From positions 1,184,001-1,248,000 of the forward strand of contig OZ241841.1 of assembly GCA_965202665.1 (NCBI GenBank): a DNA stretch of 64,000 nt, written 5' to 3'. This DNA comes from Candidatus Spongiisociaceae bacterium (GTDB lineage Bacteria; Actinomycetota; Acidimicrobiia; Spongiisociales; Spongiisociaceae). Shown piece by piece: positions 31,538 through 41,700 of the stretch. Within the stretch, counting starts at the first letter, position 1. Each line of letters starts with the position of its first letter. The position numbers and the translations under genes were made by a program. The notes beneath the pieces are model-generated. The model was given only the letters and a program-made list of their open reading frames with translations, did no database searches and was not told where the DNA came from.

Positions 31538-32308
31538 TCAGCCGCCGCGGCGGGGAAGGGCGCGGGTGGCGGGGTCTATAACATGCAGGTCAGGCAAAGT
31601 GTCAGCGGCTAAAACAGCGGGGCGGGCCCGGTTGGAAGGAGTCACAATCAGAACAGCCTCCATCGAGGCGCAACACGAGTGGGACGGCCCGCCGCATGCA
31701 AATCGGAGAGAACCCGGGTCGCCATCACCGCGAACGGCAACTGCGGATCCTTCATCATCAACAACGCCGGGAGAGCCCCCGCGTCTGACGGCCGGTGGCG
31801 CACAAATCGAACAGAACCCCCACCGCGAGCGGCGCGAACGGTAACTGCTGGGTCTGATTGACCAGGATGAATTCCCTTCCCCCCCCCCCCGCTTCTACCT
31901 GCGACGCGGGATCACCCGCGTCTGCTGACCTGCCGCCATCGTATGCAAATCCGGAAGCCGCCCCGTCGCCAACACCCCCGCCCTCGCCATATTCGACGGA
32001 CCCGTCACCATCAACCCCATCGCCGCTGGGGAACGACCCGGCACGCCTGCTGGGTTCCCACCCCGCAGAGATCGCTGATGACCCCGGTTGCGAGAGTCCC
32101 GAAGACCGCCTTGTTGGAAGGACAGGTGACGAGAATTCCCCAACCCCCCCCCCCGTTACCTCCGGCGCGTCACCGCCCTCGTCGGTTGCGCCGGGCCCCT
32201 CGCGCACAGATCCGGCAACAGATCCGCCGCCAGCACCCCGAACACCGACATCCCCGACGGACTCGGAATCAGAATCGCCGTCTCGCGAAAACCCTTGCCC
32301 CCCCCCCC
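31538..32308 (-). repeat. Array C: six ~125-bp TRD-tip cassettes with three poly-G tracts (32298-32308 G11, 32144-32154 G11, 31879-31890 G12)
   Basis: Cassette peptides AILIPSPSGMSVFGVLAADLLPDLCARGPAQPTRAVTRRR*, GILVTCPSNKAVFGTLATGVISDLCGVGTQQACRVVPQRRWG*, GLMVTGPSNMARAGVLATGRLPDLHTMAAGQQTRVIPRRR*, FILVNQTQQLPFAPLAVGVLFDLCATGRQTRGLSRRC*, ALLMMKDPQLPFAVMATRVLSDLHAAGRPTRVAPRWRLF*, AVLIVTPSNRARPAVLAADTLPDLHVIDPATRALPRRGG*. Confidence 0.88.
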
Positions 32309-35300
32309 TAACGGAATTTAGGTCCGGCATTGCGTCGGACGCAAACGCAGTGTCAGATGTCCCCCTACCTGAACTGTTGGAAAAAGATATCGCCTCATCA
32401 ACTCTCTCCGCAGGAAACATCTTAGATATAGTTCGAACCGATGAAAGAATCAAGTCATCCTCATACAACCACAACTTTGTGAAAGGCCGATACAACACCT
32501 CCCGAATACGCCTCTCGTCAAACACAAGTCTCCTACCTTTCTTCAAAGTAGCCTTCAAAGCACCAGTCCATTTTATGGCACTCAGCGGAGAATCAAGCGT
32601 AGACTCTTCAGCAAAGGTTTCACCATAAATTTCCACACGAGCCAACACATCATTGTATTCTTCAATAAGACGTTGAACCTTTATCTCCAATCGTTCTCTG
32701 CTAAAAGAATATACGTAAGTATCAAGATTAGTGGCCAAACCCAACGCGTGAGAATGAACAGCGGCATTTCGATGTTTCTTAACACCGCATATTGGTAAAA
32801 GCTCCTCAAAGGTGCCATCAGACAGATTCACCCAATCATGCTTTGGGGTTACGGGTACTTCTTCTAAATCAGGATTAGTTATATCTTCCATTTCTTCTAG
32901 CCACTGCCATTTTTCCTCTCTGCTATAGTAATCTGGCACCTGAGCATAAAATAGTGAGGCGGGCACTCCTATTCTTTTAGTCGGATTTCTAACTAAAAAG
33001 GATATTTGAACACCGCTACGAGAGCCGCCTTTTCCACTTATTGCATCAAATAACACATCACCTTCCTTAGCTCGCTCTTCTCCTGATTTATAAGCATTAC
33101 CCCGTAAGTTAACAACATAGATAGATGTAAAATCGTCCCTTACTGCAGCCCTGGCTCCAGCCAAAGAAGGGCCGTCTGTCAAAGAATTAGGGTGCACCAA
33201 GCCAATAATAGAAGGGTGGTCTCCATGCAAAATTCTATCAGAGCACCAACGCAAAGCTTTGATATATAAATTTTGTCCAGCCTTGCCAATACCACGGCAG
33301 GTAATCTCCTTATGTTTAGCTCCGTACGTGTCAGAAACTCGATCACTGATAACAGGATATTCTAGCTTGGTAGTGTCGTCACCTGCTTGCTTAGCACCAG
33401 CCGACCAGGGGGGGTTAGCTAAAATTACAGTCATCGGAGTACTATCCTGTTCATATCGACCTTGGATATTTTCTCTGAAAGTATCAAGTTCCTCCTGCTT
33501 CGGGCTACTGAGGAAAGTATCAGTTAGTACTATTTTTGTATAAGGCTGATATATCACTTCTTTCTCAAGTCTTTCGGAGTCTCGGGAATGCTTTGCTTCC
33601 TCGATTTTGATAGCTGCTATATAGTAGGCCAATAGAATAAACTCGTTAGCATGTAGTTCATTTTCATACTTGCGGTCCAAATCTTCATAACTGATTAGAT
33701 AGTTATCATCCTCGTCCTTCATTTCAATTAGACGCGCTAGGTAAGTACCAGTACCAGCGAAAGGGTCTAAAATGTGTAGATTTTCGCTCCCAATGGACCT
33801 CCCGAACTCTTTCTGGCAAATGGCGGCTGCCGAACGGATCATGAAGTCCACTATCTGTACCGGTGTATACACAATCCCCACCCGTTTTACCGTTTCTTTC
33901 ATCGCTGACTGGAAGAATCCATCGTAGATTGCCCGTAGGATATCCACCTTTTCCGCGCTGGTTACCGCTCCGGCAAAAGCGGCCTCCATCTGCCGATAAG
34001 CGCGGGTCAGGGGTCGTAATTCCTCCTCAAATGACACCTTCAACGCCTGGAAGGTTTCAAGAAATCTTTCTATCTCTTGACTGACTGGATTCTGTTTGGC
34101 GAAGCCGCTACCAGCCAACATAACATCAAACACCGGGATGGTCACCACATGCTGGGCGATCATCTCCTGCGCTTGAGCGGAGGCGACATGATCACCAATA
34201 GAATCACGAATGCCCGCCAAAAACCTTTGAAAGGCATCCTTAGCAGGACCACCCTCAGCAATCAGGTTATTTATACGGGTCTGCACCTGACGGCAAATGT
34301 CCGCCGCCCGCTCACCCCAGCGGGGATACATATGCTTGTCGCCGACGATTTCCACCACCTTGGAGGCGATTTCTTGGTTGAGTTGGAACTGCAACTGTTG
34401 TTGCACCCTCTTGCCATTTCCTTCATCAACTCCCGGTCCAACCGGGAAGGAGCACACTCGCAACGGAGCGTTCTTCGCCCAGGCGGAGGCGTTGCTGACG
34501 TAATACTCCATCCGGGAATCATGGGAGCGCAAAGCCCGCACTACCTCCCACACAGTATGAAAGTCGGAAGCTTCCAACTTCTTCTTCGGGTCGGCGTCCT
34601 CCGGAACCACCACCGGAATGATGATGTAACCCTTGCGTTTGCCGGGGGCGGTGCGCATCGCCCGGCCCACCGCCTGAGTGATATCCACCGTGGAAGTACG
34701 ACTGTTCAGAAATATAACCGCGTCCAAGCTAGGAACATCCACTCCTTCGGTGAGCACCCTCGCGTTACTGAGAATCCGGCACACCGGCCTCCCATCCCCC
34801 TCCGCTCTCACATCCCTCAGTTGCTCTAAAAGGTCGGTGCGTTCCGCGGCCGGAGTGGAACCGTCAATATGATTTACATCCAACCTCAGGAATTCTGAAA
34901 AATCCTTCCCCCCCCCCCCATCTCCAACCATGTTGCCCTTTTGCCGGGTCAGGGCATCCACCACTTTCGGCCACACCATGGCCGCCGTCTGTGAAGTGCG
35001 CACCAAGTTGGTGAAAGCGATAGCCGAACGGGCTGGCTCTCCGCCGTCGGCAAAAATCTGGCCGGGAAACCGACCCGGTAAAACCTCGGTGGTGGCGGGC
35101 GTTGCCAGGGCATCCCAGCATCCGGCCAGCTTCACCGCATCATCCAAAGCTAGATTAGTAGTTTCATGCACCAAAACCTCATGGGACCACCCAGCGTTGG
35201 CTAGGGACTGCATATAGGCCTCTTCCGTAGCGGTTATTACCAGCACCTCGTAGTCGGACAGGTAGCCGTCTTCAACCGCCTCACTGAACTCCATCTCGTA

Positions 35301-36506
35301 AAACCGCTCCCCAAAAGTCGCCGTGTCGTCCATGCTGTAGGAATCCCCTTCGAAACCGGGGGCCTCTATCTTCTTCCTCTGCCTAGCCGTAAAAACACGC
35401 GGAGTGGCCGTCATATATAAACGTTTGCCGCCCCGGATGTGGGCGTCTTCGTGCACTATGCGGAACGGGGACACCCCCAAACCTTCTTTGGATTCTTCTA
35501 TGCCGGTGGTGCGGTGGGCTTCATCGCAGATGATCAAATCAAACCCCCACCCCTCCGCGGCCCGGTTTTGCGCTTCGGCAATTCTGGGGGAGGACTGATA
35601 CGTGGAAAACACCACCTGCATCGCATCCCCCGGCACCGGCTTCGCCAACTCTTTAGCCAACCGCGCCGGGTCGGTGGTTACCGGAATAGCCAACTCCGTT
35701 AAATCACCGGCCGTGTCCGCCTGCGCCGAGCCTTTCCGCCCCGCCGTGGTGTCAGAGCACACCCCCAGATAACGCAACGGCATCTCCCGTTGCCGTGACC
35801 ACTCCCGCATCGTCTGCCCAATCAACGCAATCGACGGCACCAAATACAACACCCGGCCACCCAAACCGGCCACCTTCTCCGCCGCCCGTAACGCCACCAA
35901 CGACTTACCCGTCCCACACGGCAAAATCAACTGCCCCCGATCCACATCCCGAAACTTCTCCGCAATATCCCGCACCGCGTCCTGCTGAAAACCATGCAAC
36001 CGATGCTTAGGAGCCGGTGCGATCTCCAGCAGGTCGGGGGTTTCCGCGAACTCCCGCCAGTCATCCACCCACCGGTCCATCTCACTGGTATGCAACACCT
36101 CGCACCGCGGCTCCGCCTTACGCAACTTCGCCAACCCCACCTGGGAAACCCTGGCCGTCGCCACCAACAGGCGAGAAGCGAAATCAGCCGTCCCCGACGC
36201 CCCCAGGAAACTGTCCACCCCGGCGGTGGAAACCTCCGTAGCCCAAAACTTGCACTGGATAGCGCACAACCCGCCCCCGTAAGCCGGAGTTTGCCGGGCC
36301 ACAATATCAACCCCAATGTCCCGCCCGTACCCCCGTTCTTCCCGCTCCGGCCACTCACCCCACAACCACACCTCCTCAAAACGCTCCCGACCATACTCAC
36401 CCGGATGAGCCCGCAACGCCCCCGCCACCAACCGCTCAAACCGCCGCCCCGCCCTCCACGGATCATCCCCCCCAAAACCCCCCAACACCCCATCCAAAAA
36501 CGGCAT
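31758..36506 (-). CDS. Split Type ISP R-M enzyme copy C; as assembled it reads through to cassette 4
   Basis: DIGVDIVA...AIQCK, LPCGTGKS, DEAHRTTG, TEGVDVP, DPFAGTG, ANPPW, YRPFTK; lacks the constant C-terminal domain; internal G12 at 34908-34919. Confidence 0.9.
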   Translation of the reverse strand: MPFLDGVLGGFGGDDPWRAGRRFERLVAGALRAHPGEYGRERFEEVWLWGEWPEREERGYGRDIGVDIVARQTPAYGGGLCAIQCKFWATEVSTAGVDSFLGASGTADFASRLLVATARVSQVGLAKLRKAEPRCEVLHTSEMDRWVDDWREFAETPDLLEIAPAPKHRLHGFQQDAVRDIAEKFRDVDRGQLILPCGTGKSLVALRAAEKVAGLGGRVLYLVPSIALIGQTMREWSRQREMPLRYLGVCSDTTAGRKGSAQADTAGDLTELAIPVTTDPARLAKELAKPVPGDAMQVVFSTYQSSPRIAEAQNRAAEGWGFDLIICDEAHRTTGIEESKEGLGVSPFRIVHEDAHIRGGKRLYMTATPRVFTARQRKKIEAPGFEGDSYSMDDTATFGERFYEMEFSEAVEDGYLSDYEVLVITATEEAYMQSLANAGWSHEVLVHETTNLALDDAVKLAGCWDALATPATTEVLPGRFPGQIFADGGEPARSAIAFTNLVRTSQTAAMVWPKVVDALTRQKGNMVGDGGGGKDFSEFLRLDVNHIDGSTPAAERTDLLEQLRDVRAEGDGRPVCRILSNARVLTEGVDVPSLDAVIFLNSRTSTVDITQAVGRAMRTAPGKRKGYIIIPVVVPEDADPKKKLEASDFHTVWEVVRALRSHDSRMEYYVSNASAWAKNAPLRVCSFPVGPGVDEGNGKRVQQQLQFQLNQEIASKVVEIVGDKHMYPRWGERAADICRQVQTRINNLIAEGGPAKDAFQRFLAGIRDSIGDHVASAQAQEMIAQHVVTIPVFDVMLAGSGFAKQNPVSQEIERFLETFQALKVSFEEELRPLTRAYRQMEAAFAGAVTSAEKVDILRAIYDGFFQSAMKETVKRVGIVYTPVQIVDFMIRSAAAICQKEFGRSIGSENLHILDPFAGTGTYLARLIEMKDEDDNYLISYEDLDRKYENELHANEFILLAYYIAAIKIEEAKHSRDSERLEKEVIYQPYTKIVLTDTFLSSPKQEELDTFRENIQGRYEQDSTPMTVILANPPWSAGAKQAGDDTTKLEYPVISDRVSDTYGAKHKEITCRGIGKAGQNLYIKALRWCSDRILHGDHPSIIGLVHPNSLTDGPSLAGARAAVRDDFTSIYVVNLRGNAYKSGEERAKEGDVLFDAISGKGGSRSGVQISFLVRNPTKRIGVPASLFYAQVPDYYSREEKWQWLEEMEDITNPDLEEVPVTPKHDWVNLSDGTFEELLPICGVKKHRNAAVHSHALGLATNLDTYVYSFSRERLEIKVQRLIEEYNDVLARVEIYGETFAEESTLDSPLSAIKWTGALKATLKKGRRLVFDERRIREVLYRPFTKLWLYEDDLILSSVRTISKMFPAERVDEAISFSNSSGRGTSDTAFASDAMPDLNSVRGGGQGFSRDGDSDSESVGDVGVRGAGGGSVAGSVREGPGATDEGGDAPEVTGGGVGEFSSPVLPTRRSSGLSQPGSSAISAGWEPSRRAGSFPSGDGVDGDGSVEYGEGGGVGDGAASGFAYDGGRSADAGDPASQVEAGGGGREFILVNQTQQLPFAPLAVGVLFDLCATGRQTRGLSRRC

Positions 36507-37207
36507 TACCGCTGATCTTCCAACGAGGGGGGCAGGCCGGCGATTATCTCCGCCGAACGGACGCTCACATAAACCAACCGCCGCAAATGGCGAATCAACT
36601 CATACGGATCCTTCTCCCACCGCCACCACCCATTCGGATCATCAGTGATGCCAGACGGCTTATCATGCTTATGCCGCAGACTGTCGATCGCCCAATCCAA
36701 CGGCGACCGGCCCGACACCGTATACTCCTGAGCCCGCTCCGGGATGCCGACCAACCGGCACCGCTCGTTGATATGCAACTCGGTGAGGTCTTTCTTCCAT
36801 TCACCGTCCTCGTCCTTGACTTTGTTCCACCGCATCTGTTTCTGAATCCGGTAGGCCTTCTGGTCAGCCCCCTGGTCGGGGAAACCGTCCACCAAAACAT
36901 CCACTCCCTCATACTCAGGACAGTTTTCGTATCCGATGTGCAAATCCATCAGTTCCCGCCCCGCCACCCGGAAGGCCTCAAAATCAGCGGCCAAAGGCAC
37001 ACGGGGCAGATTGCGTTGCAAATCGTTGCGGTAGCGTTTCCGCCAATCGGGGGCGTGCATCACCCCGTACAGATACTCCCAAATGTCGTCCTTGGTAATG
37101 GAAGGGTCCTCATAGCGGGTTTGGAACTCGCTCAGACACCAGTCGGTGATGTTGTCGGTGTCCTCCGTCATACCCTCCAAATCCAAGTCCAAACCCTGAT
37201 CCATCAT
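36506..37207 (-). CDS. Stand-alone Type ISP C-terminal domain (copy 2)
   Basis: DNITD...ITKDDIWEYLYGVMHAPDWRKRYRNDLQRNLPRVP...AGRELMDLHIGYE...VSGRSPLDW aligns with the last ~230 aa of 7756-12591; TAATG overlap with copy C; likely start MMDQ at 37207. Confidence 0.88.
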   Translation of the reverse strand: MMDQGLDLDLEGMTEDTDNITDWCLSEFQTRYEDPSITKDDIWEYLYGVMHAPDWRKRYRNDLQRNLPRVPLAADFEAFRVAGRELMDLHIGYENCPEYEGVDVLVDGFPDQGADQKAYRIQKQMRWNKVKDEDGEWKKDLTELHINERCRLVGIPERAQEYTVSGRSPLDWAIDSLRHKHDKPSGITDDPNGWWRWEKDPYELIRHLRRLVYVSVRSAEIIAGLPPSLEDQR

Positions 37208-37252
37208 TGCGGCGGCCTTCCCTTCTCCCAACCCCACAAAGGGGAGTACTCT

Positions 37253-37281
37253 ATTCTACCCGGCGTTTCCGCGCCCGCCAA
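37253..37281 (-). promoter_or_regulatory. Candidate sigma70-type promoter for the C-domain/large-gene operon
   Basis: TTGGCG-N17-TAGAAT on the minus strand; the counterpart upstream of 43595 is TTGGCG-N18-TAGGAT. A second candidate, TTGTTG-N17-TATATT, lies further upstream. Confidence 0.4.
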
Positions 37282-37559
37282 ATTTTTCGCCTTCTCTAGC
37301 CCACCCTCCCACCCCCCGCCCGCCCACCCGAAAATATAAAGGGTTTTTTCGGTTTCAACAAGGGGGTCGTTTTCGGGATATGACAAAATCCCTGGTAGAA
37401 GGGCTCTTTAGGGCTAAGAATATTTTTCGCGAGGCGGGTGCTGGGTCGGGACATTTTGCGCCTCGTAAAGGAGAAGGGCCTTTTTGGATTTGGAATATGT
37501 TTCGCGAGGTGGGATTCCGGAAGCAAACACCTCAGCCGGGGCGGAGCCAAACTTCTCCC

Positions 37560-37969
37560 CCGATCTCTGTCGCAGGCAAGAGGGGAGGACGCGGACAACG
37601 GAGTCGCGGGCATATAACCCGATTCTCGTTTCCGGCAATTTCTGTCACAAGCAAGGCAGGACAGGACGGCGGGGGGCGCAGGCATACCATCCAAATTCCC
37701 ATTCCTGATATTTCCTACCACAAACGGAAGGGAACACGAACAGCAGGGTCCGCAGGCATATCGTCCGGTTCTCGTTTCTGGTTTTTCCCCTCACAAGCGA
37801 GGGAGGACACGAACGGCGGGGGGCGCAGGCATACCATCCAAATTCCCATTCCTGATATTTCCTGTCACAAGCGAGGAAGGGCGCGGGCGGCGGGGGCGCG
37901 GGCATATCATCCGATTCTCGTTTCCGATATTTCCTACCAAGAGCGGGGGAGGGCGCGGGTGGCGGGGTC
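37560..37969. repeat. Degenerate tandem repeat, ~73-bp unit, 5-6 copies
   Basis: Units start CGC(A/G)GGCATA at about 37605, 37677, 37751, 37824 and 37897; units 2 and 4 share cgcaggcataccatccaaattcccattcctgatatttcct. Confidence 0.85.
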
Positions 37970-38700
37970 AATTACGTGCAGGTCGGGCAAGGCGTCAGTG
38001 GCTAAAACGGCCGGGCGGGAACGGTTGGAGGGAGCCACGATCAGAATCGCCTCCATCGAGGCGCAACACGGGTGGGGCGGCCCGCCGCATGCAAATCGGA
38101 GAGAATCCGGGTCGCCATCACCGCGAACGGCAACTGCGGATCCTTCATCATCAACAACGCCGGGGGAGCCCCCGCGTCTGGCGGCCGGTGGCGCACAAAT
38201 CGAACAGAACCCCCACCGCGAGCGGCGCGAACGGTAGCTGCTGGGTCTGATTGACCAAGATGAATTCCCTTCCCCCCCCCCCCGCTTCTACCTGCGACGC
38301 GGTATCACCCGCGTCTGCTGACCTGCCGCCATCGTATGCAAATCCGGAAGCCGCCCCGTCGCCAACACCCCCGCCCTCGCCATATTCGACGGACCCGTCA
38401 ACATCAACCCCGTCGTCGGGGAACGACCCGGCACGCCTGCTGGGTTCCCACCCCGCAGAGATCGCTGATGACCCCGGTTGCGAGAGTCCCGAAGACCGCC
38501 TTGTTGGAAGGACAGGTGACGAGAATTCCCCAACCCCCCCCCCCGTTACCTCCGGCGCGTCACCGCCCTCGTCGGTTGCGCCGGGCCCCTGGCGCACAGA
38601 TCCGGCAACAGATCCACTGCCAGCACCCCGAACACCGACATCCCCGACGGACTCGGAATCAGAATCGCCACCTCGTGAAAACCCTTGCCCCCCCCCCCCC
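37934..38700 (-). repeat. Array B: six TRD-tip cassettes with three poly-G tracts (38688-38700 G13, 38534-38544 G11, 38272-38283 G12)
   Basis: Same six cassettes in the same order as array C; cassette stops at 38546, 38404, 38288, 38151, 38041 and 37934. Confidence 0.88.
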
Positions 38701-41700
38701 TTGATTGAGGTCTGGCACCACCCCAGCGGCGGACAGATTATCAGACGCACCCCTCATAGAACCACTCGCCACATCAATCCCCTCAACCTCCGCCTCACGG
38801 GGGAACATCGCGGACACCGTTTTCACCGACGAAAGAATCAGGTCATCCTCATACAACCACAACTTCGTATAAGGCCTATACAACACCTGCCTAATACGAC
38901 CCTCATCAAACACAATACGCCTGCCCTTCCGCAAAGACCCCTTCAACGTATCCGTCCATTTAATCGCATCCAACCTAGTATTTGCAGTAACTTCCCCAAT
39001 GTCCTCCCCATGTATCTCTACTAAATCCAATGTCCTGTCATAAATATCGATCAGCCGCTTAACCTTTTGAATAAGCATTTCACGGCTGAACGAATAAACA
39101 TATGTGTCACAAGTAGTTGTTACACCACGAGCATGCTTAGCGACAGCTACTTGCCCATTTTCCTTTTGAATATCACAAACCGCAAGCAGATTATCAAATG
39201 TTCCATCCGACAGATTTACCCAATCGTGGCGGGGATTTACCGGAACTTCCTCTAGCTGTGAGCTCGTCACATCCCAAATTTTTTCCAACCATTCCCACTT
39301 ATCATCCAAACTCATATAATCAGGAACTTGCGCATAATGAAGGTTGGCAGGCTGGCTGATGTCTTTAGATGGATTTCTTACCAGAAAAGTAATTTGAACA
39401 CCGTTGCGTGTTCCTTCGCCAAAAACGGTGTCTCCTTCTCGTTGCCTTTCATCACCCTGTTTAAAGGCGTTGCCTCGCAGATTAATCACATAGATGTCAG
39501 TGAACTCATCCCGTAACGTTCCCCGAACACCGGCCAACGAAGTGCCGTCGGCCAAAGAGTTAGGATGGACAAGCCCGACAATAGCGGGGTGGTCGCCGCG
39601 TTGCGTATTCGGTAAAATCCGATCCGTGCACCAACGCAAGGCCTTCACATACAGATTACCCATAGCGTTGCCTCCGGGCGACTGTCCTACCACTTCTTTA
39701 TGTTTGGCTCCGTAGGTTTTCTCCACCCGTAGGCCAACATCGTGATATTCAAGATTAGGGTTGTCATCGCCCGCCAACTTCTGACCGGATGACCAAGGCG
39801 GATTGGATATTATCACAGTCATCGGAGTAGCATCCTGTTCAAGACGAACTCGTATATTGTCGCCTAAAACATCAAACCCTTCCTGCTCAGGACTAGCCAA
39901 CAACGTATCAGTAAACACTATTTTTTTGAAAGGGTCGTATTTGACTTTACTATCAGACTTTTCTCCATCCCGAAAATGCTTAGATTCTTCTATTTTGAGA
40001 GCGGCGATGTAGTAGGGTAACAGGATAAACTCGTTGACATGCAGTTCTTGTTGATATTTGCGGTCCAGATCTTCAGTGCTTATAAGGTAGTTGCCATCTT
40101 CATCTTTCATCTCTATCAGACGAGAAATGAAAGTCCCGGTGCCAGCGAAAGCATCTAAGATATGTATATTTTCACTACCTATGGATCTCCTGAACTCTTT
40201 TTGACAGATAGCAGCCGCTGAGCGTATCATAAAGTCCACTATCTGCACCGGAGTGTATACTATCCCAACCCGCTTCACCGTTTTTTTCATAGCCGCCTGG
40301 AAAAACCCCTCATAGATTTCTCGCAGAATATCCACCTTTTCGACACTAGATACCGCCCCGGCGAATGCGGCCTCCATTTGTCTGTAGGCGCGGGTTAGAG
40401 GTCTTAGCTCCTCCTCGAACGATACATTCAACTTACGGAATTTTTTGAGTAGCCTTTCTATTTCTTTGCTTACTGGATTCTGCTCGGAGAAACCGCTTTC
40501 AGCCAGCATTACATTGAACACCGGGATGGTGACCACATGCTGAGCGATCATCTCCTGAGCTTGCTCTAAAGTAACGTGATTCCCAACCGACTGACGGATG
40601 CCTTTCAAGAAACGTTGGAAGGCATTCTCGGCAGGGCCGCCTTCGGCTATCAGGTGGTTGATACGGGTTTGCACCTGGCGGCAGATGTCAGCCGCGTGCA
40701 CTCCCCAGCGGGGATACATTTGCTTGTCGCCGATGATTTCCACCACTTTGGATGCAATTTCTTGGCTGAGTTGGAACTGCAACTGATGTTGCACCCGCTC
40801 GTCGTAACCTTCTTCTTCAACATCCCGGCCCAACCGGCAAGTGACCACCCGTAGCGGAGCGTTTTTCTTCCAGGCGGAGGCGTTGCTGACGTAATGTTCC
40901 ATCCGGGAGTCGTGGGAACGCAAAGCCCGCACCACCTCCCACACAGTCTGAAAGTCGGAGGCTTCCAGCATCTTCTGCGGGTCGGCGTCCTCCGGGACTA
41001 CTACAGGAATAATGATGTAGCCTTTGCGTTTGCCGGGGGCGGTGCGCATCGCCCGGCCCACCGCTTGGGTTATATCCACCGTGGAAGTGCGGCTGTTCAG
41101 AAAAAGCACCGCATCCAAGCTGGGAACATCCACCCCTTCGGTTAGCACCCGGGCGTTGCTGAGAATCCGGCACACCGGCCTCCCGGATTCACCCCCGCCC
41201 CCTGCCCTCCCCCTCAGTTGCTCTAGCAGATCAGTCCGTTCCGCGGCCGGAGTGGAACCGTCAATATGATTTACATCCAACCGCAAAAATCTATTTTCGC
41301 CACCCCCCCCCCCGTTCCCTACCAAGTCTCCCCTTTGCCGAGTCAGGGCGCCTACCACTTTCGGCCACACCATGGCAGCCGTCTGCGAGGTGCGCACCCG
41401 GTTGGTGAAAGCGATGGCCGAACGGGCAGGCTCGCCGCCCTCGGGGAAAATCTGGCCGGGAAACCGACCCGGCAAAACCCCGGTGGTGGCGGGAGTGGCC
41501 AGGGCATCCCAGCATCCAGCCAGTTTCACCGTATCGTCCAAAGCCAAATTGGTGTCCTCGCGCACTATCATCTCGTGAGCGAAATCGGCGTTGGCCAAAG
41601 ACTGCAAATAAGCCTCGGCGGAGGCGGTGATAACCAGCACCTCGTAGTCGGACAGATAACCGCCTTCCACCGCCTCGCTGAACTCCATTTCATAAAACCG

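Noticed and set aside
31538-32280. Cassettes as independently translated small peptides coupled by stop/start overlaps
   Set aside because: Cassettes 3, 5 and 6 have an ATG near the previous stop, but cassettes 2 and 4 (and 1 in copy C) have no in-frame start. Only the poly-G model reaches all of them. Not fully excluded for some.
31858-32628. Plus-strand Pro/Ser-rich ORFs over the arrays (31858-32628, 38251-39024)
   Set aside because: Antisense shadows of the G-rich pass-through frame; no RBS or recognisable domain.
37560-37969. CRISPR array
   Set aside because: Units are degenerate along their whole length with no unique spacers, and there are no cas genes in the window.
31538-38700. Diversity-generating retroelement (TR/VR pair) for the near-identical arrays B and C
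   Set aside because: No reverse transcriptase in the window, and the differences are mainly synonymous rather than adenine-specific.
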